Shown: positions 59,701 through 64,000 of the stretch, piece by piece
Position numbering within the stretch: the stretch's first letter is position 1
Layout: the number at the start of each line of letters is the position of its first letter
Source of the DNA: a virus
Strand: one strand, 5' to 3'
Virus record (IMG/VR): IMGVR_UViG_3300026534_000035
Location: 16,458 to 80,457 of that record
Length of the DNA stretch: 64,000 bases
The notes under the pieces: model-generated
What the model saw: only the letters and a program-made list of their open reading frames with translations
Told to the model about the DNA's origin: nothing
Database searches by the model: none
Program-made: the position numbers and the translations under genes

Positions 59701-62700
59701 AGAGAAAGAATAGATGCTCTTTCCGAAATAGTGAGTGGTGCGGCCGCGGGCCTTAAAGGTGTAGGAGCTAAACCTTTTAAAAAGAACCTTTCTTTGGGAG
59801 AAAGATTCTTTAGTGGTATACCAACATCTACTTTGATACAAGCTAACAAAGGTTTTGAGCTTAAAACCACTCCAAAGGGTATGCAACCATTTTATGGTAA
59901 TATTGAATTTCAGAAAAAATGGCCAGAAGAGTTTAGAAAATATTACCAAAAACCACTGGAAGAGTATAATAAACAACTTGAGACTTTAAAAGGTCGTAAA
60001 CTTACTGGGTTAGGTCCTAAAGCTACGGCTGTTAGCAAGGAGACCGCTGCTGAATTAGCTAAGAAGCGAGCACTCATTGAAAACAATCAAGTGGTTTTTC
60101 AATATAGGGCTGCTTTAATGGATCTAAATAAGACTTTAGAAGAAAACATTAGAACTGTTGAAGCCAATGTAGCTATTGAGAAGGATAGACAAAGATTAGA
60201 AAAAGAAACAAGTGGTTACATGAAAGGTGTTGCAAAAGGATTTGATGCTATTAACTTAGGTATTCAAGATTTTAATAAACTTACTGCATTACAAAGAACT
60301 TTGCGTACTAGTTCTACCGCACGAGAAGCGGCAGGAAATATTCTTACTGCTCAAACACGTCGTTCGGGTGCTATGGAAAACATTAGCTCAATAGAGAAAT
60401 CTATACAAGCTATAAAAGGGATTACTGCACCAGCAAAAGGGTTTGGTACCATTATGTCTGCTAAACAAAGAGCGCAGTATGTAGAGCTGGTTTCTGCAGG
60501 TGCCAACAAAGATACTGCGATGCTAGCTGTTAGCAGTAAAAACATAGAAGTTAATACGAAAGATACAGTAACAGAGCTTAAAAAGGCAGGAGAGTTTTTA
60601 AGAGGGATTTATGAAAGAACAGTTGAACCAAGGTATGGAGTTGATGCTGCTCTTGGTGAGCTTAAAGACCTTCTTTCAAAACCTTTAAAAATGACCTTTT
60701 TAAAAAGAGACTTTCTAACTCCTCATTTTTATGATAAGCCAGGCCTAATTGTTAGAGCCATGAATAAAATCTTTGGGTATGAGGATAGGATGAGAAGTAA
60801 AGGTAATTTGAAAGGAGTGGCCTATGCAGAAAAACAATTAGACCGTCTGGCCAAAGAATTAGTCTATTATACTGGTAGTATAGAAAAGGCCAGACAGACG
60901 GTAGAAAAGTATAGTGGCTATAGTGGCGGCAAAGTAAAAGCTAATGAAATTGAACAACGACTTTATAAAGGTTTAAATTCAGAACAGTTTGTACAGGATT
61001 TAAGTAGCGCTGTTAAAGAAAGTAATAAGAAGGCTTGGTTTTCTTTTACTAAGAAAACTCCTGTTAAAAAAAGTGATGCTTATGAAACGTATAAAAAGTT
61101 AGAAGAAGAAGGTAAAAAACCTTGGCATGATACAGCTAAGAATACATTGAAGACTTATGCTGTTTTAGGAGCCTATAGTGCATTTAGAAAAGGGGCTTAT
61201 AATAAAACTTATAAAGTTTTAAAAGAGCAAGCAGATTATATCCACCAACAACTTAAAATTGGAAAACTTACCAATGCCAAAAAGATAGCTCTAAGTAAAA
61301 AACTTATCTTTTTGAATGAGGGAATGAAAAAAGAAACCTCCAAAATTCAGCTAGCTAAGTTGATCCAAACAGGGGCTATGGTTAGTGGCGGTGGCATGGC
61401 AGTTGCTAGGGTATTGGGACTCAGTAGTACTGCTCAAAAAGTAGTGGGCGGCGGCGCCGGCGGAGTTTATGCAGCTATAAAAGCATACAAATTACTGGGT
61501 AAAAAAATTCCTGTGTCTTTGGAGAAGGCGTTTAATGCAGTTGAGGAAAAATTACAAGAGAGACAAAAAACTGCTGGTAAAACAGGTGGTTGGGTGATTA
61601 AAAAAGTATTGGATTTTAAGATAGCTTCTAAACTTAATGAGTTAAATAAAGAGGCTCAAAAATTTGCTGAAACTCAAACAGGTGTAAAAACAGAACAGTT
61701 AGCTAGTTATACCAAAGAAGCCCGTGCTAGAATAGATAAGATGAGCAAGCCAGAAAGGGCAAGAGAAGTAGAGAAATTAAGACGAGAAGCATCTGCTGCA
61801 TCAGGAAGAAGATCTGTTATTAGTGATGCTATTTTGGCTAGTATAGTAGGGACTGCTGTAGGCTATTTAGCTAAACAAGGTTCTTTAAGAACACAAGTGG
61901 CTGATAGAACAAAATTAGCAGAGAAGCAATCACGCGCAATTGATGAGTTTAGGAAGAAGTATCCTAAAGAGTTTGAGAAAGTTCTTGAAAGAAGTATAAA
62001 AAAGAGTTTACCGCCTGAAGTAGTTCAGACTCGTAAAAAAACGGAAGAAGCTAAGGCTAAATTTAGTCTAGTTAATCCTGCTTTGTCTCCAGAAGATGAA
62101 AGAAAACGAATTTTAAAGAAGGCTCAAGAAGATAAAAAAATTAATGAACTTGAGGTTAAAAGATTAAATAAAATAACTTCAACTAATAAAAAGATACTTA
62201 ATGATGAAGTTGGTACTTCTAAAATTCGTATAGCTAAAGAACAAACATATGATAATATTAGAAGAAGAAATTTAGAACGTACCGTAAAAGCATTTAGCAG
62301 ACCTGAGGCTGGGCCTGGTTTGCGTGGTTTTATTGGACCTGCTCCAGTAATTAGATCAGACAAAGAGTTAAGCACCCAACAAAGACTTTATAAAGAGGCG
62401 CCTTCTAATATTAAGGATGCTATAAATAAAACTACATTATTAAATTCAACTTTGGGCGACCTTAGCGATGCTTATGCTAAGCAAATGGGGGATATTCAAG
62501 GTAATATTAAAACTATTCATACTTTAATTGAGGAAAGAAAACGGTATCAAGATGAACTTAAGAAAACCCCCTCTACAGACACAGAGAAAAGAACACAACT
62601 TTCTGATAGTATTACTAGAGATAATGAAGCAATTAAAACTTTAACAAAAAGAATTCAAGAACAAAGAGATGTAGCCATAAAATACAGAGAAGAATTACTA

Positions 62701-64000
62701 AAGGGAACTACTGTTTTAGATAAAGCTACTAAATTGTTTGCTAAACTAGTTGATGTATCACGAGTATTTGATAATTTGAGGAATTCTATTGAAAAGCTTG
62801 CTGTAAGTGAGGCTGTTCAGCAGTTACCAGGAGTTAAAAAATTCACTGAAGGGATGAATAAAACTCTTGGCGGTAGTGGCCCTTTTGCGCCTACATTGGT
62901 AACTCCAGAAATTAGGCGCCGCGCTGAAGCTGTAGGTATGCCTATTAAAGGCATGGAAGTAGGCCCGTTTGATTTGAAAAAGATTAATATTATGCACGAT
63001 ATTATGAGTGGTGGGCTACAGGGGCAGTCATTATCTAATGCTTTTCAACGTTTGGCGGATTTGCCCGCCGAAAAACAGGCATATAAGTATCAACAGGAAC
63101 AGCTTAAATACAATCAGCAGGTTAAAGCGCAAGGCTCTGTAATACAGCAAACCGAGGCTGGTTTAACGGAGCTTATTAAATCAAATAAGTATACTCCAGA
63201 ACAAAGTACTTTATTAAAGAGCACCAGGGATATTGCTGATAAAATAATGGCTAGTTTGGCCACACCTAAGAATATAAATTCGGAAATAAAAAAATATGAA
63301 GGGGTTTCTTATGCTAAAGACTATGTAGAACAACTTAAAAAACTAAGAGCAGCTGGAGCAACTCAAGTTCGTAGTATTGATCCTACCTTACTAAAGAATT
63401 TAACTGATGCATTTAAGAATATACAATTGAAGTTTGGTACAGGTTTGGATAATTTAATAAAAGATTTGAATAAAGAACAGAATTTTTCGCCGATTACTAA
63501 ACGACAAGATACTCAAACCGACATTTTGAAAAATATTGAGACTAGCTTGTCTGGTGGCAAAGAAACAGCTATTGGGAGAAAAGATGAAAAATCACTTTGG
63601 GATAAGATAAAGAGCTTCTTTAGTCCCCCTACAATTGTAAAAAAGCTTCCCCGTAGAGCTACTGGTGGAGATGTTTTTCATGGTCAAGTTCATGGAATTG
63701 GTAGTGCTACAAGTGATTCTAATTTAGTTAGAGTAAGTAGAGGAGAGTACGTTACCAAAACAGATAGTGCACGGAAAGTGGGCTATGATGTGCTTAACTA
63801 TATTAATAATAAAGCAGAGTTGCCTTTGGAAGCAGCTAAGCAAAGAGTTCAGAAAGCTGGGTTTGCTCTTACAAATTCCAATAGATATCAGCACGGTGGT
63901 GTTATAGATTGGATGTCGCAAGAATATCACAAGGGTGTTGATACACTCAAAGCTATTCCAAGCAAAATGAAAAAGTTTTTCATAGGCGAGAATGATTTTA
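44758..64000 (+). CDS. Giant (>6,414 aa, 3'-truncated) tape measure polyprotein: two-barrel RNA polymerase, PD-(D/E)XK nuclease and TP901-type tape-measure core
   Basis: SD GGAGG and TTG start. The track reports no closed ORF in this frame, and the stretches translated by hand are stop-free. Motifs TFEDQIVVS, GRKLTTRYGSKGV, LDFDGDQIEIH, GHID..IDVKT..QL..Y; tape-measure core at 56701-57700; ATGG..G.G..TSDS...S.GEYV near 63660. Confidence 0.93.
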   Translation, partial: MANDINVNFNLKNNPSNLPAAPTLSGNKQLAATLEKILVPVLKNIERGSSDALKRAMIEYSKSTSQGGGSANSKEFEKIFNSSFNNFGKRLARILEQLILHLNKGTSPQQFQTELKKAIRTEVDIALNKFQKKASSHNIGISTSQQTQAAEKITDALVKKYDASLSGHVAKLSVAINELKQLTEKSMLAIKEGKQAYENKDLKHAVSAIQKGIEVLHQKEQTQAAFKELKEVSKQLGEQQKDVAKQIAEGIKTLKSTVDSRAYRAKKEISKSPVEVSTGITKEVITALKKIPGISENKELIKKIELINNNITSIETAVKSFKELKKVVDQAKKTKSIDVEEYKKIVQLFKDLSTAGGKFKTLPRRDREELKSPVVEKMVAVVAKYDKRAQALLEYIHSIQKPTAEPSTVSIAPKGIKSIETAVEKGIEEGSKKKTAVDKAMAAYTAKEIKNVVKEFISEYKKTIQEASSKKIDTKFLEAAYKSGSLKGVIKKATEIKGTEKLRESANVLLGMGDQKDISKAISDMSDKFGSISDGLDSLQDTLKRATKQVEESVPEGLKKKGEDVAAGLEDLKKSIEESVKASDGVTEELKNIKPPTKSTPKYSSSRDTLNRISLQKKLQQRQVTEYPETLISPDLDIKKLLGSSLKSKNKSISEASKEIGKNVEDLASSLSKLQKDIVDTLENGLPRKKNWHWEIVKRAGDDISKYFKAAGGAGEANAKNARYWKLQIADVSKLKEFLEKGSDDLTGVVTLVNEAKRKLINDITKYKSNTNDLAEGIAEWIKTTSDREIKEWGDIKNSYVAHRNKQLSVIKKKYKGGTVSRAMIDDIKKTFSEDLSNIFQDTYATVVANKELSSKNLVRNIHIPALRLSKTGTPVLETASGSQRAVAGFAKFTTGLEKLFSKVEKTSIPLEDIGKYKEEIQSIGIRPTSVSELGKANAVAESMFSDLAKTANLSVSDMKQQYKEAAIMKGAELKRRGVIKDVPTYVNKISEAFDKFKSGPIDILMSEMNKLGVSAYDLVKSMDSIKFENVYDVYKKVLSEPLQKLASRPNNSNIRNFEQATRQVEQLMPLAPQSRVRRAYHQQNVLNLRTYTSDVYKGLGYSERQQLTSPDAQKRLIKDLNLRFDEMSKEAKVLKQSGLSRTNALPYRVKQISSLGLPESQAGSIADFTRGKVLSERDEYEKGVKHLKVLGGMGVKMYTENLAKMAPFGQFQQIGRNIASTTNALTSNLDKIKKLPGVKLEGVSTEFPTLRTQKEQALIRSGRYGTQGYGFNVLTELRHSASTFEDQIVVSGKLAKALTAIVRNIVMPSAKGRAYNKSELEEISKPIASAVEDLQKKLVADTPMNKRIGEVSRVFQKVLGVEQKYKGRADKALVNEIKDTLSVVRGEDVNVQTAKLTEVFLNHFGRKLTTRYGSKGVSIATEVGPDKSDYMKSLKQVLKQYAREGTKIKVLPVDQVKKGAGLGVAVLPKSMGELLAELIDKNKDKLIASGKSSQAISGLKTQLLESGNKFILDLFKDASKGLVTENEALKQASLYKKINDILRSVYADFKGLPSGIEGIKKVKELYTSKTKGKGELYKEVPIDVRISSKGIGKRGLQPEVLEAVMNNIVGSAKGPTTIKSDFEKNKLYQKLLGGPKTPGRLSVISEALGYKSTVPGTLEQKLKDPTRIKKLEKQLLQKFGKDKPDLSKYAAELEALSNYYVDVIDELGKRRKSLVGKKFLEIVEEPGETQKWTKQQVVKAQKGLKLNIQAYTAYADIFGKNSAIMKEISGKQSLQAKEAMEYLKALEASPYSSANNSDLVKKLKEGSKKVKLGNISTFDLSTGMFKPGSNRDLTGSVFDVKKFPTAFTTQIPKTTGKPGETEPFYVPGPLARGNYPEPLIAGEHGVTTIGRRLQHVINMAKAAEDLIKLPKELDKQISVLEDELAKLLKSGASTKEIDIVTKHLESAKAEKANLLSGANALDAKKINQIAPLIIKKVTKASPEEKEHFRKVISEFVGQEVGTTGSLGGLGPALDTLVGPMADLNKGVSLKQAVNMANEVVKILSKNVGQRSKEEKDLLDRFRNLKDVATNTAFKGQDLTSDDVLKNVATQYAKWSKKRASAPTYLSQIRSNKTAVLDLVKKFGIKKDLGIDLESEYKKRLQLLEKAKIDYYKELAEKAVGKKGAVAEVLFTRHVPAQLGKAVTAVVDKTKELNSFKSFLSKFYEKSEKQLGPDLAKELGTEEEYSKLSKEIGDISTKHSEIIHKYVKQNIPVLKQTEIGIPASAAKNIPVEFTKKYRIEKEGLLSEVPKEAQKPTKGSLFDLLSYKRKLETSKRLTKDVVTGGPGKDVSQDIKKYIDNELLPYIESVRFPFTGTSSVQPYKAKLLPSIKGEAGVDLTKHILAVPGIPDFGKGGIEEFDKIIQHLKDKIEKASALREQAYNAGDVGKAQKLTAVIEELTKAISAVIPKYTAVQQKLDFDGDQIEIHSAVTEAARKDIKKHFESLSKDVDSTAAKFRDAFTYDPTKSDAPGGKYTLAEMAAAFEKKFPAKKGFEFLKKPFLTSDLKYISPQKQLSILSEQLQGNVKTVLENVIEKSVIGVNEKGISNKELIKEAIKAVPESKDTLSYSKALLNAIKKLDSDINKSSGKPSNLTKMVTGGVANSLYETKFKNAIEAQLFKIHTGPETEAITRVQKFASARTSFPKGPLTKVGVDFKKEYITQMNEMLRFALQKGMDVKHAGAGTVSGDIVKGLTSGKEGLKTLLEKIGLVGNKPSEDFKGLKEFADINAKAIRNQVGKLTNEEVLKQAQELVPEKDLSNKSRETLTQIIVNKLGFKGFLEDLQKGIHQEVYKALLEEAKKMPAYQRKGKPVEQYATEKLNQLTTDKRADLLNKYFIQTKLPLYGTRTSTATGVGQLREITRKYGKEAISVPNLELPKNVKNDYVEKFKIAAATAQNVREKIGQFGSEGISGPFSDMVSTSIDAIYNEQRKVNKIAQSIQGTPYEKVSKKVEDLADRIVNEKGIPEFAKKLFYGKGNLSPKFLKNMESQVEDYTRLAGLPNLEVGEKQRVRDVSISKFSKILRKQVPELDENQIKDYSERLSRKAIALYKLDRAMTAFVEKAKSGAYITDLFPSSEDRKLAAKTGISSKNLIRDNISKQKEALKNVQASYSSAEESAEKIREGKRRAGVFGGGGNFGEGVPGGTTGMPSGGGVVPVYIVGVAENVGNIIFTRGGGQQVTPPSGLAGQYAEPKLYNVQRLRDLANKASGNINIMKGSDFGSIYRASAFHGGGPYLGEGKGNVSDFEKSARVNRLQVKAMVKTMLGAQAPATSPKGQLLESSAILGTGLHSKIEKYMKDLYGDKAEFEKMIVLQNKEIGTITGHIDAVIKEGDKYKKVIDVKTVSASRVKDIGAAIKRAKSSKYSDIKNLIKDYESRRKLEEVASQLNIYLKALGTDLEAEAQFYNRFKPEAGPTIVKFKFDPARYKRDIANVKRAREAIVASGAKFAKTASLEEVKSAKPQELTKKEEEYLINAGKSYFIDSVRKLAEKKHGKAGSAKFSSVEDIKKRISIEKTRLGYHSMATGPSIEEILNPPPVIPGTGAKVEFQNLRNLHAITKAFQQQQGFEVSKSGMRGLPTEIQDMLRSVQASGPKGPEFTDLINKLKDAGVMKHKDVFKSWRLYKIAVGDFFVKEMERAQKDIKYFKEANDYTSALNAAGKFKRNLSQMQGYIRQNIGKPTDIYTHNKRYLYPGLAKAAGVYVNPSDVAKNVTAPIGDDAKLMKIFNTVTKDLSNQKEMSTPIEKARDVLRSLGNLDENVVKVLTDAEKLKRMGTEVIQAWDVNKISENLTKLRTALEGFAKQNLTEDFEAPQRKNLELTIKLLKQVEDKFALIGHQRKRDFSGNWGDMGLIPVPKFETPDVQRAMHETNLRRVRQYFNVPEAKGGPKIGQYFTYHEKISDATGNVITNKAFNFKKQGEALDRLGRKYSVVSESMVDLIKRGQDYNRTMSAAIGRAARWGAASTIVYGGARKLLDTIKLVADVETEMSKLRMVMNSVTTDFGRMEKSAIEMAKAYGVPIKNVLEGMRIFAQQGLKQSEVIDKTRTATLAVNVTTLNAKDATEALTAATKAYGKEGQSALRFLDSWSEVEARHAITAADMADAIKKSASAAKNAGFTFDQLNGIVAAIGSTTRQTGKEIGTSTRFIFRRLTSDRGPKALAKIGIPTVTGTGELRKGFDVLDDLAKKWDTLTHAQKMNIAQAVGGTRQYNSVLVLMDHWDEALQAIKHSTDSKGSAERRNAEIMKTYTKQLEQMKQTASETAIQFGKLFLPLAKTSVKGIKMFLEVINSIPTSIKFAMGAAVAFMAYLAKGHTLIQNLVDSFRSGEVALSGFFKAMKTGFKVGMFEVFGFGKKNDPLLKGLHTIGDTIQGAFGKKQGMTLNNFQSSLGKLGYVATEVSKAFNKMVIGNTLSGAATATGLAGKGFEKTGKFVRNTFGVEGFTNTINAARAGKDILTSKGAFKAISEGGLSGLKDIFGGAMGIGAEFVGMSSTLVGKFLDYLSKKLGVAAGAFIKKFAAENTTFMKAVTPMVATVMAMYPALKGIAHYWRKMTMSAQDYEKALYASIRTNSEQLDALKKISYEYKSIDKLVHKANLARKPQVKAEQMRLGTYVDPLVTMGKVQVRLVDVNNRLAKANSSLIVGYDQLGNAVFKARGNVEDYIKTLQKVRTKKGLETSMEVLSKYVHDLSQTGGFETAKKVIKDLLEEVPVVGEKLAKPIKLSPIKVVELAVKKLNRLVAIKNKYPLSNAVDSDIKRLQEKLIAAKKALKTTYEGMQNVFKNRLDFTGLSRKEIESILSSKVFKDAYKVMIKLDPQYQIKGIKGQITAGDLQGSEILKQIFPKISGMIGPRKNLTEAYLAQAGISARRPNKQGKIMAQSGDIVTLTGPGERMLSAAGGQAVLEFKKTAEGIGRWLLTYVDKKTGEIKSKPFNAMTQIANVEKIFPTFKAQRDLRERIDALSEIVSGAAAGLKGVGAKPFKKNLSLGERFFSGIPTSTLIQANKGFELKTTPKGMQPFYGNIEFQKKWPEEFRKYYQKPLEEYNKQLETLKGRKLTGLGPKATAVSKETAAELAKKRALIENNQVVFQYRAALMDLNKTLEENIRTVEANVAIEKDRQRLEKETSGYMKGVAKGFDAINLGIQDFNKLTALQRTLRTSSTAREAAGNILTAQTRRSGAMENISSIEKSIQAIKGITAPAKGFGTIMSAKQRAQYVELVSAGANKDTAMLAVSSKNIEVNTKDTVTELKKAGEFLRGIYERTVEPRYGVDAALGELKDLLSKPLKMTFLKRDFLTPHFYDKPGLIVRAMNKIFGYEDRMRSKGNLKGVAYAEKQLDRLAKELVYYTGSIEKARQTVEKYSGYSGGKVKANEIEQRLYKGLNSEQFVQDLSSAVKESNKKAWFSFTKKTPVKKSDAYETYKKLEEEGKKPWHDTAKNTLKTYAVLGAYSAFRKGAYNKTYKVLKEQADYIHQQLKIGKLTNAKKIALSKKLIFLNEGMKKETSKIQLAKLIQTGAMVSGGGMAVARVLGLSSTAQKVVGGGAGGVYAAIKAYKLLGKKIPVSLEKAFNAVEEKLQERQKTAGKTGGWVIKKVLDFKIASKLNELNKEAQKFAETQTGVKTEQLASYTKEARARIDKMSKPERAREVEKLRREASAASGRRSVISDAILASIVGTAVGYLAKQGSLRTQVADRTKLAEKQSRAIDEFRKKYPKEFEKVLERSIKKSLPPEVVQTRKKTEEAKAKFSLVNPALSPEDERKRILKKAQEDKKINELEVKRLNKITSTNKKILNDEVGTSKIRIAKEQTYDNIRRRNLERTVKAFSRPEAGPGLRGFIGPAPVIRSDKELSTQQRLYKEAPSNIKDAINKTTLLNSTLGDLSDAYAKQMGDIQGNIKTIHTLIEERKRYQDELKKTPSTDTEKRTQLSDSITRDNEAIKTLTKRIQEQRDVAIKYREELLKGTTVLDKATKLFAKLVDVSRVFDNLRNSIEKLAVSEAVQQLPGVKKFTEGMNKTLGGSGPFAPTLVTPEIRRRAEAVGMPIKGMEVGPFDLKKINIMHDIMSGGLQGQSLSNAFQRLADLPAEKQAYKYQQEQLKYNQQVKAQGSVIQQTEAGLTELIKSNKYTPEQSTLLKSTRDIADKIMASLATPKNINSEIKKYEGVSYAKDYVEQLKKLRAAGATQVRSIDPTLLKNLTDAFKNIQLKFGTGLDNLIKDLNKEQNFSPITKRQDTQTDILKNIETSLSGGKETAIGRKDEKSLWDKIKSFFSPPTIVKKLPRRATGGDVFHGQVHGIGSATSDSNLVRVSRGEYVTKTDSARKVGYDVLNYINNKAELPLEAAKQRVQKAGFALTNSNRYQHGGVIDWMSQEYHKGVDTLKAIPSKMKKFFIGENDF
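47341..52920 (+). other. Single-chain beta/beta'-like RNA polymerase domain within the giant ORF (about residues 860-2720)
   Basis: Collinear RpoB-like then RpoC-like motifs; DFDGD at 52126-52140. Confidence 0.88.
54532..55180 (+). other. PD-(D/E)XK (RecB/Cas4-like) nuclease domain within the giant ORF
   Basis: RASA, GTGLHSKIE, E, GHIDA, IDVKT and SQLNIY. Confidence 0.8.
56701..57750 (+). other. TP901-family tape measure core domain
   Basis: FAQQG; AAKNAGFTFDQLNGIVAAIGSTTRQTGKEIGTSTRFIFRRL; WDTLT..QK..IAQAVGG.RQYN. Confidence 0.88.

Noticed and set aside
45408-63930. Many short minus-strand ORFs and the + strand ORF 54182..54373
   Set aside because: Shadows of the giant + strand gene, with no recognisable motifs.
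1-64000. Stop-codon reassignment, as seen in some large phages
   Set aside because: Standard-code ORFs tile the + strand densely, and TAA, TAG and TGA all end genes.
1-64000. tRNA or rRNA genes
   Set aside because: Intergenic gaps are short and no cloverleaf or T-loop signature was recognised.

Overview
An AT-rich segment of a large tailed phage genome, almost all on the + strand and in the standard genetic code. No tail sheath gene lies between the neck genes and the tape measure, so the morphology is probably siphovirus-like. Gene order: accessory genes (cold-shock protein, dNMP kinase, HD hydrolase), terminase, two membrane proteins, portal, prohead protease, scaffold, decoration protein, major capsid protein, a ~20 kb island of modular fibre/decoration proteins, neck genes, tail tube, two chaperones, and a giant ORF. 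Main result: the giant ORF starts at 44758, is missing from the ORF track because it runs off the window (>6,400 aa), and is a tape measure protein. Its N-terminal half carries a single-chain two-barrel RNA polymerase, with beta then beta' motifs in collinear order and catalytic DFDGD at 52126-52140. A PD-(D/E)XK nuclease domain follows, then the TP901-type tape-measure core. Second result: the major capsid gene is split by two group I introns, each encoding a LAGLIDADG endonuclease, separated by a 15-nt micro-exon (VYPVA). Also noted: a T-x-S-G motif recurring across virion proteins, alternating domain sharing between neighbouring fibre genes, and a candidate late-promoter motif. All family assignments come from reading motifs by eye; no database searches were run.
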